From assembly GCA_030390025.1 (NCBI GenBank), contig CM059438.1, positions 66,528,001-66,592,000 on the forward strand: a DNA stretch of 64,000 bases, given 5' to 3'. This stretch comes from Squalus acanthias (Eukaryota). A program made the position numbers and the translations under genes. The number at the start of each line of letters is the position of its first letter. The stretch's first letter is position 1. The notes beneath the pieces were generated by a model, which saw only the letters and a program-made list of their open reading frames with translations, searched no databases and was not told the origin of the DNA. Shown here piece after piece: positions 38,369 to 52,967 of this stretch.

Positions 38369-39813
38369 GACCGGAATTTTACCGGTGCTGAGAGGACGGG
38401 ATTGGAGGCGGGTCAGCTGTGAAAAGAGAAATGATTGACAGCGGGTCGGGACCCCGCTGTCAACCCGCCTCCACGCGAGTCTCCCAGGTGTCGGGTCTGT
38501 CAGCGCTGAACAGACCCGACACCAAGCGGCGGGGGAGGCAATTGACATCATTAAATGCATTGTTAACAGCTAATTAAGTATTATTTGCTGCCTACCTTTC
38601 TATTTTACGTGTTCCACCACGGGTTACCCGCTGCTCGGGGAACACGTCAGCTCAGCATGTCGTGAGTGGATTCAACATTGAATTATCTCATGGCCTGACA
38701 GCTGCCAAAGTTGTATGAAAGATCCCATGTTACAGCTGTTCACTTTCAAAGCTCAGAAACTGTTGTTTACTGTATTTGGAAGACATATTGAGCTTTCTGC
38801 AGCTTGCAAGTGTTTGGAGTCAACTCTCTATCCAATGTCACCTCATTGGAACAACCTCTCTCACCATTGACAGATCGCTTCTGTCATCTCAACCTCACCT
38901 GCCATCTACTCCATCAGCATCGGTGCCCTTGAAAATATCTCACCTTGGTCCTCAGAATCCCACATACGATCAGCCCGAACACCAGCATCACCGGGCACAC
39001 CAGCAGTGTTGAAAATAAAGATTTCAATGTTTGACAGCACATTAACAGAAACTTCACATGTACATTGGCTAAAACACCCAAGTGTGTGTTGTTAGTTGGT
39101 ATGCTTACACTAGGATGAGCGTGAGTGTGAGGGGTGGTTAGTGAGATGGGGAAGTGATAATGTAGATAGAGAGGGATGGGTGGAGGTGCAAGGTTAGTTG
39201 GTGTGAGTAAGAATGTGCAGAAGTAGGATAAGGAAGGCAGAGTGATGGGGATGTGATGAGTAGCACAGCAGGATGAGGTTGAGTGTGGCTTTGCAGTAAT
39301 GTTTTGTGATCTGCTGAGATCATTGAAAGGTTTGCACCACTGCACCCTGGTCCTCCTGTTGACATCCCTGCTTGTGCCCTCCTGTGCAATATGCAACCAG
39401 GCTGTGTTGATCTCCTGGGGAGGTCTCTTCCGCACATTGGAAGGGAAGAGAACCTCCCTGCGTGCCGTGACTAACTCCATAAGCATATGGAGGGAGTCAT
39501 GGGAGAGCCTGGGTGCAGCCGTGCACCTCTGTGCAGTGCTTGTCAGTGTTTGCAGCACCTCAATGCTGTAGAATACTGACAGAACAACTGTCAAAGTAAA
39601 TTTGGACATGGCCCCTTTAAGGAAATTGGCTAATGACGCGTCATCAAATGACTACATCAGACCCACTTCCTTTTAATTAGCTGGGAACCTCGCAGGGCGG
39701 GCTTAACAAGCCTTATCAATGTAAAATCACTTCAACAGGGCGGGATGGAGCAGGTAGCGAGCTGGGACCGCGCTACAGACCCCAGACCTGCCTCGGTAGG
39801 CAAAATCGCGGCC
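38369..39813. mobile_element. Harbinger internal-deletion derivative with Myb exon remnant on the - strand
   Basis: TIRs GACCGGAATTTT ... AAAATCGCGGCC, TSD GTG/GTG; ORF 38914-39609 contains AAPRLSHDSL..AWLHIAQE..QWCKPFNDL. Confidence 0.88.
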
Positions 39814-39834
39814 GTGGAGTCTTAAGACTGAGAG

Positions 39835-39974
39835 GGGATGAAATTGGTCAATGCCAGTAGCGCAAAATGAACTGATAGTGAAGTCATTGAAAAGAAAATT
39901 GGCCATGCTGTAAAATGGGCTGGCGAATGGCTATCGGGCAGTTTTGCGCTACTGCTGTTGATCTATTTCACCCC
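39835..39974. mobile_element. Palindromic MITE, Harbinger/Tourist-like
   Basis: Ends GGGATGAAATTGGTCAA / TTGATCTATTTCACCCC, TSD GAG/GAG, internal arms cagtagcgcaaaa/ttttgcgctactg. Confidence 0.75.
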
Positions 39975-42900
39975 GAGTATTTATTAATAGCGCTGCTTAT
40001 TGAAAGGGTGGGAACTGGGAACAATAGATTTGTCTAAGAAAACAAGAAAGGATTCAGTGGAAGAAAACACCCTGTGACCCATCTGGTAGCTGTCTCCATA
40101 AACTATGGTCAGTCTAGCCTGACTATATAATCTCCCGAATGAAACTTCATCACTAACGCTCCTCAATTCCATACGTTATCAAGCAGAATATTCATCTATG
40201 TGCCCACCTTCATGAATCAACACTGGCTTGCTGCTCTTCATGGATAACATTTGCAACGTGACCTCTTCACCCGTCCTCTAACAACAAAGGAACCACTGTG
40301 TCCCATGGAGCATTTGACTCTCTGCATCTACGCTGATCCCTCGAAAACCCACGAGTTATTGATCAACTTTTCAAAGAACCGATTTAACTCTGCTTCAGAT
40401 GCTTTTATCGGGAGTCCGCTCCAAGTATTCAGTAACTTTGTGTGTGTGTGTGGGTTGGGGTGGTGGGGGGCAATTTTGTTCTGCTATCTAGTTTTGCAAA
40501 TGTTATTAAATCTTTCTTTATGGTCCTACAGTTGTTTGCTTTTGTCCTCTTGCCAGCTAGCAATCGAACCTAACTATGACAAACTTTTTCAGCTCTCATG
40601 AGCCTTTGATAGTAGTTGCACACCAAAGGAACACCTGGCGAACTCTTAGTGCAGGCTTTTGGGCAGTCACATAGCTTCGCTACCCAATCCATCGATTAGT
40701 CTTGTGGTTGGCATTTACAGGACCATTTACTTAGTAAACTGCAAATCTCCTGCAGTTATCGAAGGAGGCCAAGAGATGAAACGAGGGAAAGTGCCTTACT
40801 TGCTGGGTCGGTAAGTGGTGTGGTTCCCAGACAAACCAGGAACGTCCCACATTCAGTCCATGGTCTGTGCTGGGTCAACTGATCGGGGGCATCAGTCAAG
40901 GTGATAAAACAAGCTGCAGAATGAAAATTCAGCTGGGGTTTCTGATCTTTACTTACTATCGATAGGAATTCCTGCTGAAGAGTCTGACTGTGAGATTTCA
41001 CTCGCCTGTGACGCCCCAGACTTGAATAGTGTGCTTGGCGCTCGCTGTCTAGGCTCATATACGAAGAACAGTCACTTGACCAAGTTCTGGCAGGGTGCTG
41101 CTGCCTCTGGAGCCACAAGCCAGTTGAAACAATGGGTTCCAGAGATATGGGAGAAGAAACAAACTCAATCGGGCAGTAAAACGGAGATAAATATTAAATA
41201 AGACTGTTTGGAAACGGTTTGTCAGTTTAAAAGAAAATTCTAATCACTAATCAAAGAGCACTTTTTTGTACACTTGTGTTTGTTAAAAGGATGTAAGCTT
41301 CTAACATTTTCATTATGTTATATTCTTCCTGAGCAACATAACCATTAAACCATTACAGCAGGAAGTTTTACACGAGATTGTTGCACATGTGTTTCTTCTG
41401 GGCTTTGTGCACATTCTCCTTGGATCCTGACAGTGTTGCTATTCATGTTTCAGATCAGCCAAAAAAGGGCTTCAAACAGTACAGGGAAAATTGAATTGGA
41501 GGCACTTGAGTCCATTATATGTACACATCAAGCAACTTGTGTTTCTTCATCAAGGAGCTAATTGCATTTGATAATTAATGAAATGCTCATGGACAGGCCT
41601 TTCGTCTAAGATGAAGCGTAGCCTTTCAGTCTTTGAATATAATTGTTTAGGTGTTTTATAGCCTATGACTGATCATAGTAACTTGATGTATTCATGCTTA
41701 GTACGCACAAGTGTAGAAGTACAAGAACCAATTTAAAATGGACTGTTTTGATAAAGGTACAAGAGTTCATCATCCGACATGTCTTTGGTACTGCTGGTTC
41801 TCCGGCAAGTATATCTCTGACCCAATGTACCAAATCATTCCCTGATCGTTGCCATGACGTGGGATCCTTGCACTGAACATATTCAAGGACAGAAGAATTT
41901 CTAAGAACAGGAAAAGTCTGTCGAGCCCAGCAAGCCCATCATCTTTTGATAGATCTTTGCCCCATTTAACCATCTTCTCAGCATATTCCTCAAATTATCT
42001 TTCCCCAGAAATGCATTCAATTGCCTTTTTACACTCATATATGCTGTCTACTTCAATGGCCTTTTGTGGTCACGTATTCCACCAATCTTGTGGTTAAGAA
42101 AAGTTAAACCTGATTTTCCTTCTCGCAGTTAGGAATAGGTCATCCAGCTGACTGATGGAAAGGGGGAATAAAAGGATGTCGGATCTATGTGGGCTTCTGG
42201 AATTAGGACCACCGCCCACGTGGAACAGAAACATCAACACAGACTGGTTGGGCCAAATGGCCTGTTTCCAGGTTCTGTGCAATTTTGTGTAATTCCTAGT
42301 TTCTTCATTTTGAACAGTTGTAGTCTGATCAATTTGTGCGACACTTTCCTTTTCCATCGTGGTTGCGTTTGACCTGAAAAAGTTTGGTTACCATTCCGAG
42401 TGATCAGTGGCTTTTTCAGACCTCTAGTTGTTAGCCAGCAATTCAGGAATGTCTATTTCAGCCTCTTTGTTGTTCCGTTGTGTGTGCGTTTTCCTACAAT
42501 TTTCAATTACCATAAACCATACTCTTCTGCTTTAAGTAATCCACAAAGGAACTTGCAATTCCCGTTAAAAAATATTTAAACAGAACAGCTGGTTGGAAAA
42601 AAAATTCTTTGTCCCTGATAATAAAATGGGCCCAAAACTTAAACTCAAATCCAGGTTCTCCATGTGAGAGCTCGGAAAGGGCAAGGTTCTGCTGGTGGCA
42701 TCGAGTGCCACCTCGAGCGAATGCGAGCTGAGAAATAGGGCTCCAGGTGCCTGATGCACGGCGCGCCAGACTTTGCAGAGAAAAAAAAACTGGCCAGCTT
42801 TTGAGAGTCGGCAGCGCTGGTCCATGCAAAGCCTTGTCACAGGCTCAAAAATAACAGTAATTGGTCCTGTGCCACAATTCATCATCTTTTGGCAAGCTCC

Positions 42901-43285
42901 TCACCCGAAAGTCACTTCACCCACGTAAAATGGGCACAAGATTAATCCACAGGTCTGGCCTCTTTAAGTTGTATTCTTAAAGCTAGGTTTATGTTGCCAA
43001 TTTTATACAACTTTTTTTTTTAATTAGCTGTGCTTGAAATTTGCTCTCTGCATTCATTTCTTTTGCTGTAGGGGCAAGCCATTTTTGCATCTTTTTACAC
43101 AAGAATTCCCTTGACTATTGCTTGCTGCTGGAGAACGTCAAGTGATGAAAATGCAATTCCTTTGGGGTTCCTAGAATGCTTCCAGATTGAGATAACAAAG
43201 CTGGGTTCAGGAGGGGGGCACAAAATGCAGGTGCAACAAAATCTGAGGTATTCTGTCACACCCATCATTATCCCAGGATTTATAT

Positions 43286-44295
43286 TTGCAGACACAGACA
43301 GTCCTACCTGGACAAATCAGAGAAGACCTTTTATTGCCAACTCCGCTCCATATGGAAGGCTGTCATTGGGCCGCGCTATCTGACCTGCAAACAACGTCAG
43401 CAGCAGGGGCAGCTCTTCCCATCGCTGTGAAAGCAACCTCAACAGTGAACTTCCATGCCGCCAGCTCCTTTTCAGGCACTGCAGGGGAAAGCCAAAGCAG
43501 CTAGTCTGTCGTCCATAGATGTATCAAGCTGGTGAACGATGCATTATGTGCAAAGGCAAACAACTTCAGCACTTTCACTCTGGCAGGCGAACTTGAGATG
43601 ACAGAAGCGATCTGTCAATGGTGAGAGAGGTTGTTCCAATGAGGTGACACTGGATAGAGAGTTTACTCCAAACACTAGCTAGCTGCATAAAGCTCAATCC
43701 GTCTTCCAAATGCAGTAAGCAACAGCTTCTGAGTTTGGAAAGTGAAGACCTATGAAATGGGAGCTTTTAAAGACCATTTGCAGCTGTAAATCATCCCATG
43801 CTGACACAACACCCGACCACCTTACCTGGGCTGGGTATAGAACTTGTAGTAGGTGGCAAAGTTCTCAGGAGCATATGGTACCCGTGTGGGCAACTTACAT
43901 CCCTCCCCGCGCAAGTGCATTCACATGCAGCATGCACATAGTTTCTGATGGCACTATTGGTTCTGAGCACACCTTTTTAAAAATTGTTAATCGCTACCTC
44001 AGAGCAAGGGGCCACTACAGCTTTTCAGCATTAACGGTGTGCAGAAAGAGGAATGGTCATCTCCGCGATTTGCACGGTATCTTCCTGAGGATGCTGAAGT
44101 TCACAATTTTGGCTTGCAGCGTGTGTGCGCTGCCCCAACAGCATTAGTGTTGGCAAAGGTCAGTTCACCTTACCTTAGGAACCCTCCTGATGCTAGAAAT
44201 CTTCTTCCTCATTTTCTCCCAGGTCCTGTCTCAAAGAAGGGCCACCCTCATTTGTTGCATTTCCTGCGCCAGGGCATCCAAGGTGTCCTCAGTGA
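43286..44295. pseudogene. Old, scrambled Harbinger relic
   Basis: + strand ALPIAVKATSTVNFHAASSF..VHRCIKLVNDAL (transposase). 43580-43790 is the reverse complement of the family sequence at 38740-38905. - strand FTEDTLDAL..RTWEKMRKK (Myb-like). Confidence 0.6.
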
Positions 44296-44755
44296 ATGGG
44301 TGAGTCAGCCCAACATCCCTGCCTGTGTACAATTTCCCCGACCTCCCCCCCCCCCCACCCCCGCACACTGACACAAACTCTGGAAACAGAAATCACCAGT
44401 TGCCACATTAGAAGACCACTATCCCTTTCTGCTGTCTTTGCAGATTTCCCAAACTCCCCCCAGCCCCATACCTCCAAGCTAATTGTGTTGCTAGCCAAAG
44501 AATTCCAGAGTGTAGGACATAGATGGATGAAGGCACGACCACCAATTGTGGAGGGAGTCAATAAAATGCAAAATTCAGCTTGGTTAGCCCTCCTTGCTCC
44601 ATGCCCGCAGAAATGGAGCTACGGATTCTCATCGTGGATAATCACTAGATTTAACAAATACTTTCCAGTTTCAAATTAAAATTGAAGTAATATCTTGATT
44701 TTGTTCAATCCACAAATCACTCTGACACTCATTTCCATTTCTCAGTGACAATATT

Positions 44756-46544
44756 GGGCTGAATTTTGCCGGCGCTCTGAGTGCGGGTTTGGAGGCAGGT
44801 CCGCTGTCAAAATCAAAATGATTGACAGCAGGTTGGGAACCCGCTGTGAACCCTCCTCCATGTAAGTTTCCAGAGTGTCGGGTCTGCGATTTCAGAACAG
44901 ACCTGACACCAAGCGGCGGGGGAGGCATTTAAGATACTTAACTCCTTGTTAAGTGCTTGTTTACTACTATTTTGCCAGCCATTTTCTATTTTAGCACATT
45001 TTTAACGGGGTTCATGTCGTTCGGAGATCATATCAGGTAAGTAGGTCTGGTTCTCTATGTCTCCCCATTGCTGTGAATAGGTGACAGCTGCAAAAGTGGT
45101 ATGAATGCTATCATTTCACAGCTGGTCACTTTCCAATGTCAAAAGCTTGAGCCTTCAGGACTTGGAAGACACTTTTGAGCTGTATGCAGTTTGGACATGT
45201 TTGGAGTAAACTCTCTATCCACTGTCACCTCCTTGGAGCAAGCTCTCTCACCATTGACAGATCGCTTCTGTCATCTCAACTTCAGCTGCCATCTATTGCA
45301 GCAACATCGGTGCCCTTGAAAAAATCTCACCTTGGTCCTCTGAATCCCTCCACGATCAGCCCCAGCACCAACATCACCAGGCACACCAACATCAGCAACA
45401 ACATCACCAACCTTCTCCGCAATCACCTGATGCTGCACAGGACACAGGGCATCAGTACCCGACAACATTGCTGCCCAGGAGGCCAGCGATGGCATCACCA
45501 TGGCCAGATTTACTTCACTTGACACTGTACACCCTGGCTGCTACATGATGCATCAGGTTAACACCACCCCACACCAGCACCATAAAGCATTCCTACAATG
45601 ACCAAGCCATTCCTTTCACACTCATCACAATTGCGGGGGATATTGTTATGTCTCACCATTTACTGCAACTCACTAAGACACTGCCAAAGGTGAGCACAGA
45701 TCTGTACAATAAGGCAAAGTGTTGAAAATAAAGATGTCAATGTTTGACAGCACATTAACAAAAAATTTACATGAACATTGTATAAAACACCCGAAATCCT
45801 ACACTTGTGTGTTGCTAGTTGGTATGATTGCACTAAGATGAGGGTGAGTGTGAGGGGTGGCTAGTGAGATGGGGATGTTGATAATGTAGATAGAGAGGGA
45901 TGGATGGAGGTGCAAGGTAAGTTGGTGTGAGAAGGATGTGCAGGAGTAGGGTAGGGAAGGCAGAGTTATGGGGATGTGATGAGTGGCACAGCAGGATGAG
46001 GTTGAGTGTGGCTTTGTAGTACTGTTTCGTGATCGACTGAGATCATTGAAAGGTTGGCGCCACTGCAGCCAGGTCCTCCTGAGGACATTGCTGCTTTTAC
46101 CCTCCTGTGCAATGTGCAACCAGGCTGCGTTGGTGTCCTGGGGAGGTCTCTTCTGCCCTTGGAAGGGAAGAGGACCTCCCTGCATGCTGTGACTCCCTGC
46201 ATAAGCATATGGAGGGAGTCATGGGAGAGCCTGGGTGCAGCCCTGCACCTTTGTGCAGTGCTTGACAGAGTTTGCAGCACCTCAGTGCTGCAGAACACTC
46301 ACAGCACAACTGTCAAAATCAATTTTAGACATGGCCCCTTCAAGGAAACCGGCTGATGACGCGTCATCAAATGACGTCATCAGACCCACTTCCTTTTAAT
46401 TGTCCGGGAACCCCGCAGGGCGGGCTTAACAAGCCCTATTAACGGAAAATCCTTTTTACAGAGCAGCTGCAGTCGGGAGTGGGACCGAAACCTGCCAACC
46501 ACCTCTCCCGCCACGATCCCACCTCCGCTGGCGAAATCGGGGCC
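44756..46544. mobile_element. Harbinger internal-deletion derivative, sister of 38369-39813
   Basis: TIRs GGGCTGAATTTT ... GAAATCGGGGCC, flanks ATT/AAT, long near-identical blocks with 38369-39813, Myb exon remnant. Confidence 0.85.
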
Positions 46545-46948
46545 AATGTGGAATCAGTTTTGGTTAAAATTTGAATCATTGGCAGTTGATTTTCCCTCGA
46601 GTTATAAGCAGATTTTCCCCTCTCTCTATTTTTAAACCAAGTAGTTTAGGAGGTTTTCGGGTAGATTTTTAACTTGCTGCCCGAGCTTAAACTTGCGTTG
46701 GGTGTCGGCCGCTTGTTATAGGAACTACTCGATTTTCCTTTCCACTGATTTGGCCTTTGTGTCTTTGTGACCAAGAATGTGTTCCCACAGTATGGCTTGT
46801 TATCAAATGTAACTTAACAGGAAGGGAGATGCTGGGAGCTTTATTCGCTTTGTTAATTTAAACTTGGAAACTTTCACAATTCTTCCAGCCATGTCCATGT
46901 TGAGATCGCCCTCTGAGTCTATAGACACAGCATAGTTTTTTCATATTT

Positions 46949-47372
46949 GAGTGTCAGCTGTGGCTCAGTTGGTAGCACCCTCGCCTCTGAGTCAGAAGGT
47001 TGTGGGTTCAAGTCCCACTCCAGGGACTTGAGCACAGAGAACTAGTGCAGCGCTGAGGGAGCGCTGCACTGTCGGAGGTGCCATCTGCTCTCTCAGGTGG
47101 ATGTAAAAGATCCCATGGCACTATTTCGAAGAAGAGCAGGGGAGTTATCCCCGGTGTCCTGGCCAATATTTATCCCTCAACCAACATAACAAAAACAGAT
47201 TATCTGGTCATTATCACATTGCTGTTTGTGGGAGCTTGCTGAGCGCAAATTGGCTGCCGCGTTTCCCACATTACAACAGTGACCCCACTTCAAAAAGTAC
47301 TTGATTGGTTGTAAAGCGCTTTGAGACGTCCGGTGGTCGTGAAAGGCGCTATATAAATGCAAGTCTTTCTTT
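46949..47372 (+). mobile_element. tRNA-derived Deu-domain SINE (SacSINE1-like)
   Basis: A box TGGCTCAGTTGG, B box GGTTCAAGTCC, central gtaaaagatcccatggcact..ggtgtcctggccaa domain, tail ending ggcgctatataaatgcaag shared with L2 ends. Confidence 0.85.
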
Positions 47373-47949
47373 TTATTTGTGTTTGATTTAATATGTGATG
47401 TCCTGCTTATGTTTATTTACATGAGACAGCTTCATTTTTTATCGAATCGAATACAAAACTACATCGGTGCCCATTTTGTAACCCAGAATCTTTTGTTCCT
47501 GCTACCTGTGGTGAAGTCGTCCCGCGAGATTGCACAATTGCACTTCCCACTCGATGGGGTCTGTGTCTATTGTGCTAAATGTTGGCTACTGTAGGCTTTT
47601 ATGGGCACTCCATCCCCAAAAATAATACAATGCTCCTTTTGCAAAGATTTTGACCATTAAATGGATGTAAGAGGCAAGTACGTGCATTTTTGTAGAGAGA
47701 AGGTATTGAGGAGACTGTAAACTCATCAGAAAAAAATGGGTTCACAATTTAGTCAGATGCAGCGCATAAAAGGAACATTCCTCCATAATGAGGAGGCAGG
47801 AAGGTGGGATTGAGCTGTCAAAAGGGAACAAGGTGTTAGATCTACTGTTTTTTTTACACAAAAAGATATGTACTGAACCCGATTTGGTCTGGAGTTAGAT
47901 TTAGGATGTTCTGTCCTTTGATGGAACTGTCACAAAGTGAAGTCTCACT

Positions 47950-48230
47950 TAAGTGCAGTACTGAGGGAGTGCTGCACTGTTGGGTGTACCATCTTCCGGA
48001 TGAGACATTAAACTGAGTTCCCAACTGCCCTGTCAGGTGTGTGTGAAAGATGCCATGGCATTATTTGAGGAAGAGCAAGGAGTTCTCCCGATGCCCTGGC
48101 CAATATTTATCATTCAAGCAGCAATACTATTATCTGGTCATTTATCACATTGCTGTTTGCGGGACCTTACCGCGAAGATAACTGGTGCTTCTATATCAGA
48201 CCTCAGCACAACACACTTCGAAAAGCACAG
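47950..48230 (+). mobile_element. Decayed copy of the same SINE
   Basis: Similarity to 47045-47290. Confidence 0.65.
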
Positions 48231-48420
48231 ATAATCTGAAAATCCAGAGGTAGGATATGTTTAACTGCAACACCGATGTCATTTCAGTAATAAAACAGTT
48301 CTACTAGTTACATCTAATTTACATATGCCAGTGAAATTAAGTAGAAAATAGATTTTCCTCAGTTGCTTAATCTACAATTCCAATCATTAAGGAGAGTATA
48401 ATTAAGTTACTTGAGATAAT

Positions 48421-48590
48421 GGGATAGATTTCCATGGGATAGATAGCCTGGGCAGTAATTCACCCTTAATAGAACCCGTCTGATTTTCATTCCATTGAAG
48501 TCAACTGACTGAAAATCAGCTGGGTTCTAGAATGGGCGGTAATCTGCTCTGCCAGATTACTGGCCAGACTGTAAAGACAGAAATTACCCC
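48421..48590. mobile_element. Palindromic MITE, Harbinger-like
   Basis: Ends GGGATAGATTTC / GAAATTACCCC, TSD AAT/AAT, arms tagaacccg.ctgattttca / tgaaaatcagctgggttcta around ccattgaagtcaa. Confidence 0.7.
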
Positions 48591-48614
48591 AATGCACGTG
48601 CTAAGAACACCAGT

Positions 48615-49030
48615 AACCCTCTCACCTTTGAGTCAGAAGGTTGTGGGTTCAGGCCCCACTCCAGTGACTTGAGCACACAATCCAGGTTAACACTTCAGTG
48701 CAGTACCGAGGGAATGCTACACTGTCAGAGGTGCCGTCTTTCAGATGAGACGTTGAACCGGGGCCCCGTCTGCCTCTCGGGGACGTAAAAGATTCCAGGG
48801 CACTTTGAAGAAGAGCAGATGAGGTTTCCTGATGTCCTGGCCAACAATTTATCCCTAAACCAACATGACTGAAGAACAGATTATCTCATTGCTGTTTATA
48901 GGACCTTGCTGTGTGCAAATTGGCTGCTGTGTTTCTCTGCATTGCAAAGTAACTGCAGTTCAAAAGTACTTCATCAGCACATTAGGATGTCCTGAGGTTG
49001 TGAAAAGTGCTTTTTAACTGCAAATCTTTT
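48615..49030 (+). mobile_element. Deu-domain SINE copy
   Basis: Similarity to 46975-47372. Confidence 0.8.
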
Positions 49031-49779
49031 TCTATCCTTTTCCTTTAATAACCAGACAGGCTTTTTTTTTACATAAGGGCTTTGCTGAAATGAATGAGAT
49101 AATGCATGAAATAAATTAAGACACTTTGGTGAGGTGACATCATGCTTGGCTTTAAAAGCCTGCAGATTGTAGGAGGAAGGGGAGACAAGGAGATAAGATA
49201 TTAGAGAGTTTAGAGGTCCTGTGAAAGAATACTAGAGTGGAAGATTAGAGCGTTTATAGGGGTACCAAGGCAACAAAGTTCACAGAAGCAATGAGAAACA
49301 AACTTTTCAGTGCCAGAAACTGAAAACAGAATGGAGCATACATGATATGACCCGTGGTCTCATGGCAGGTAGGCAGACTGACTTTATGATGAAGTCATTG
49401 ACAACGAAGCAGGTAAGTAGGCTCTGTAATGGTACAATATTCAGCTGCCATGGCTAGCTGATGCAATATGTGAAAGGAAATGTTTTTCAAATGGCTACAG
49501 TATAGTACAAAAGATAAATTAATGAAGAGAAATTGATTTTTGGGATGCTGGAAGATGGCATAATAAAGAAAATAGCAGACTTTAACGGTGATGTGCTGAA
49601 ATTATGCCAAAAGGGAAGCATAATGCAAGAAATTATAGGCTGATAAATTAATATTTTTCAACCAGTATTATGATGTGTGATTTTTATAGCAACAATTTGC
49701 GGCTTAATTCAATGACATAAATGACTGAATAATTCACAGAAAGAAGAAAAAAATGATCTAGTGCCTATCATGTCCTCAG

Positions 49780-50163
49780 ACTTTCCAGAGTGTCTCAAGC
49801 CAGTGAAGTATGTTTGAAGTGTAGTCACTGTTATAATGTAGGAAAACGCAGCAGCCAATTTGTGCACAGCAAGCTCCCACAAACAGCAATGAGATAAGTG
49901 ACCTGATGGTCTGTTTTAGTGGCGTTGGTTAAGATAGAAATATTAGCCAGAACTTTTCTTTGGATAATGCCATGGCATCTTTAAGGTCCACTTGTGGAGG
50001 GGACGTGGTTTTACATTTCATCCGAAAGACGGCTCTTCCGCCACTGCAGCACTCCCTCACTAGTGCCCTGAGGTACCAGTGCGCTCAAGTTTCTGGAGTG
50101 GAGCTTGAACACATAAGCTTCTGACTCAGCGGCAGAACCACTACCGCTGAGCTAAGGCTGACA
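49780..50163 (-). mobile_element. Deu-domain SINE copy
   Basis: Reverse complement of 46949-47340, decayed. Confidence 0.75.
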
Positions 50164-52199
50164 GTTGCTTTGTACGATATTTTCTGAATGATCACCAGCC
50201 AAGGGCTCAAATGTTGTGCGCAAGAGGGGAAGCTCTGTAAAGATTGTTGAAGGATAACCAACTGTACATTAGATAGTGACAATTGAAAGAATGGCCCACT
50301 TTTACCCATGAACTTCACAAACCATCATATAACACCACATAGAAATACAGGCACTCCCTATTGACTGACATACCAGTTTGACATTTGGTTTATAACTATG
50401 TTGAATATAATCAGTTGCATAATGCAGCTCAGAAACATTTGTTTTGCTACTCTCTGTTGATTTTTATTAGCTTCTGGCACTGCATACAATGTATTGGGGG
50501 TGACGGGATGTTTAATAATCAACTGCAGTGACAGGCACTGAGCATTTGGTTTTTGGTTGTGTTTTGCAACGGAAAACAATAGTGTAGGAGTTGATAGAAT
50601 GGAATTGACAGTCGGCGAGTGTGACAAAAATGTATTTTATGTTTGTATTGATTTGAGTTCCTTATTATTAGAAACAGTACATGGAATGTTAATTGTGGCT
50701 TCTGTGAGCTGTCACTGCAAGTTACAGAAATACCCATCTTCATTTGAGCAGCCAAAGGTCAGTTGATAGGTATCTGCGTTGTGGTTTCTGTGAACCTAGG
50801 TGGATTTAACAGGGCCGCATAGGTTGAATGCTGAGGCATTGAATTACACCCATTTCGTAGTATCTTTGCTGGTTGGAGGATGAATTGTTACGCGCCATTT
50901 ATCACATATTTCGATCGAATGACAGACATCCTCGGACATGGTCAAAGAATGGTGGGTCGATTAACTTGATTACATGAGATGCAATTCTTTCTGCATTGGG
51001 CTTTGTCTCATGATAATATCAAAGGATGTGTCATGAGTCTACCTTGGGGGAATGGCTTAACAGTTAGACATCATCCAGCAGAGAGTTTGCTCTAAATTAG
51101 AGACTTCATTGCTATGTTTCAAGGTTTGATATATGTATGGAGGCCGTTTAGGGAGAAACACCTTTACTATTCCGATGTTTCATGGAAGATTGTAAAATTT
51201 GTAATAAATTGTTCTATGCTGCATACTCTTCATTAACCTGCTTTACTTACATAAAATAATGAGTCTCTGTATATATTTAAGTTGCTTATCAAAGTTGTGG
51301 AGAATTGGGTGGCAGCACATGATAAATCCAAGGAAGCCAAAGTATAATAGTAAGGGTTCTTTGTTTGATCTGTAGTCTCCCTGTCATTTACCTAATATTG
51401 ATGAAGTAAAGGCACACTCTGAATCATAAGGGACATTAGGTCTGCTTAGAGGAGTTGTTGATACTGAAACTGTGTAGAATGCCGAGCATAAATCCCCCAA
51501 ATCTAACAGTGTATAGGTGGATGTTTAAAATGTAAAGCTTTCCACAACGGCCCAGGAGATTAAGCAATTTGTTGCCTTATTTCCGCTGACCTGATAATAT
51601 CTCCACAGTAATTATAGTGAGGATGATTCTATTCTAGTAAGCCCAGCATGATGTGTCTCCTGAGACAATACCACATTGAGCCCACAGCATCTCCTGTTGG
51701 ATTTATTGGTGACTATCTTATATTTATGGTCCCTACTCTTGGGAGTGGTTTGGTTGACAGGGCTACTGACTAATCCCTGGACAGGAAAAGAATCTGAGGC
51801 ACTGCCCTTTCACTTCCTGATAATGCAGGGGGCAGGAAAAGGATAGATGGGCAGTCAGTCAGGTTTTAAACAGGAGATTTTGAGAGGTAGACCTGGAAAT
51901 GGAGATGCAGGACATCAGTTAGAAGTTGCCTAGAAAGATAGTCTCGGCCAAAAACAAGTCAGCCAGCCCACGAATGGGACAGGCTGTATAGTAAATTATT
52001 TTAAATAATTTTTGAAGGGAAGAAGTGAAATTGAGTGAAGAATGTGATGTTTATTTACAGCTGTTCATTTTGTATTCAGCTTAACGATTGTAACAAATAT
52101 GTTGAGCATCTGACTGCTAATATAAGCAACAGCAGTTTCTGGCTTCCTGCATTACTTCACACATCTGCTTTCATAAAAATGTGGTTGCAATTTTTTTTT

Positions 52200-52620
52200 G
52201 TGACTCAGTGGGTAGCACTCTCGCCTCCAGGGACTTGAGCACAAAAATCTAGGCTGACACTCCAGTGGGAGTGCTGCACTGTCGGAGGTCTTTCGGATGA
52301 GACGTTAAACCGACGCCCCGTCTGCTCTCTCAGGTGGACGTAAAAGATCCCATGGCCACTATTTCGAAGAAGAGCAGGAGAGTTATCCCCGGTGTCCTGG
52401 CCAATATTTATCCCTCAATCAACATAACAAAAAACAGATTATCTGGTCATTATCACATTGCTGTTTGTGGGAGCTTGCTGTGCGCAAATTGGCTGCCGTG
52501 TTTCCTACATTACAACAGTGATCACACTTCAAAAAGTACTCCATTGGCTGTAAAGCGCTTTGAGACGTCCGGTGGTCGTGAAAGGCGCTATATAAAGGCA
52601 AGTCTTTCTTTTCTTTCTTT
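52200..52620 (+). mobile_element. Deu-domain SINE copy
   Basis: Near-identical to 46960-47372 in the 3' two-thirds. Confidence 0.85.
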
Positions 52621-52967
52621 TATATCCGTTGCTTTTGTGCAGTTTTCTTTTTAACCTGCAGAGTTGCTGGATGCTGGGAATGTCACCGTTTAGAAGTAGA
52701 AGAAAAAATTGAGGACAGCAGAAGACCACTCGGCCCAACAAAGTTCATTTCTCGATGCCTTAACTCTCTCATTGTTGCCACCAGTAAGATTGATTTTTTG
52801 TTGTTGCAGTCAGCCAGTGTAAAATCCACAGCTGTGACTGGTGCACTTTTCTTTTGTCGTGATGGATGCAATAAAAATAAATGTGATGTGTTCCACTGTG
52901 CTGCAAATTGCAAATACTATTTGCGTCACAGTTCACAGGCACACACAGTAACATTTATTTGAACAAC

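Noticed and set aside
46955..47025. tRNA-like sequence
   Set aside because: It is the head of a SINE, continuous with the SINE body, not a tRNA gene.
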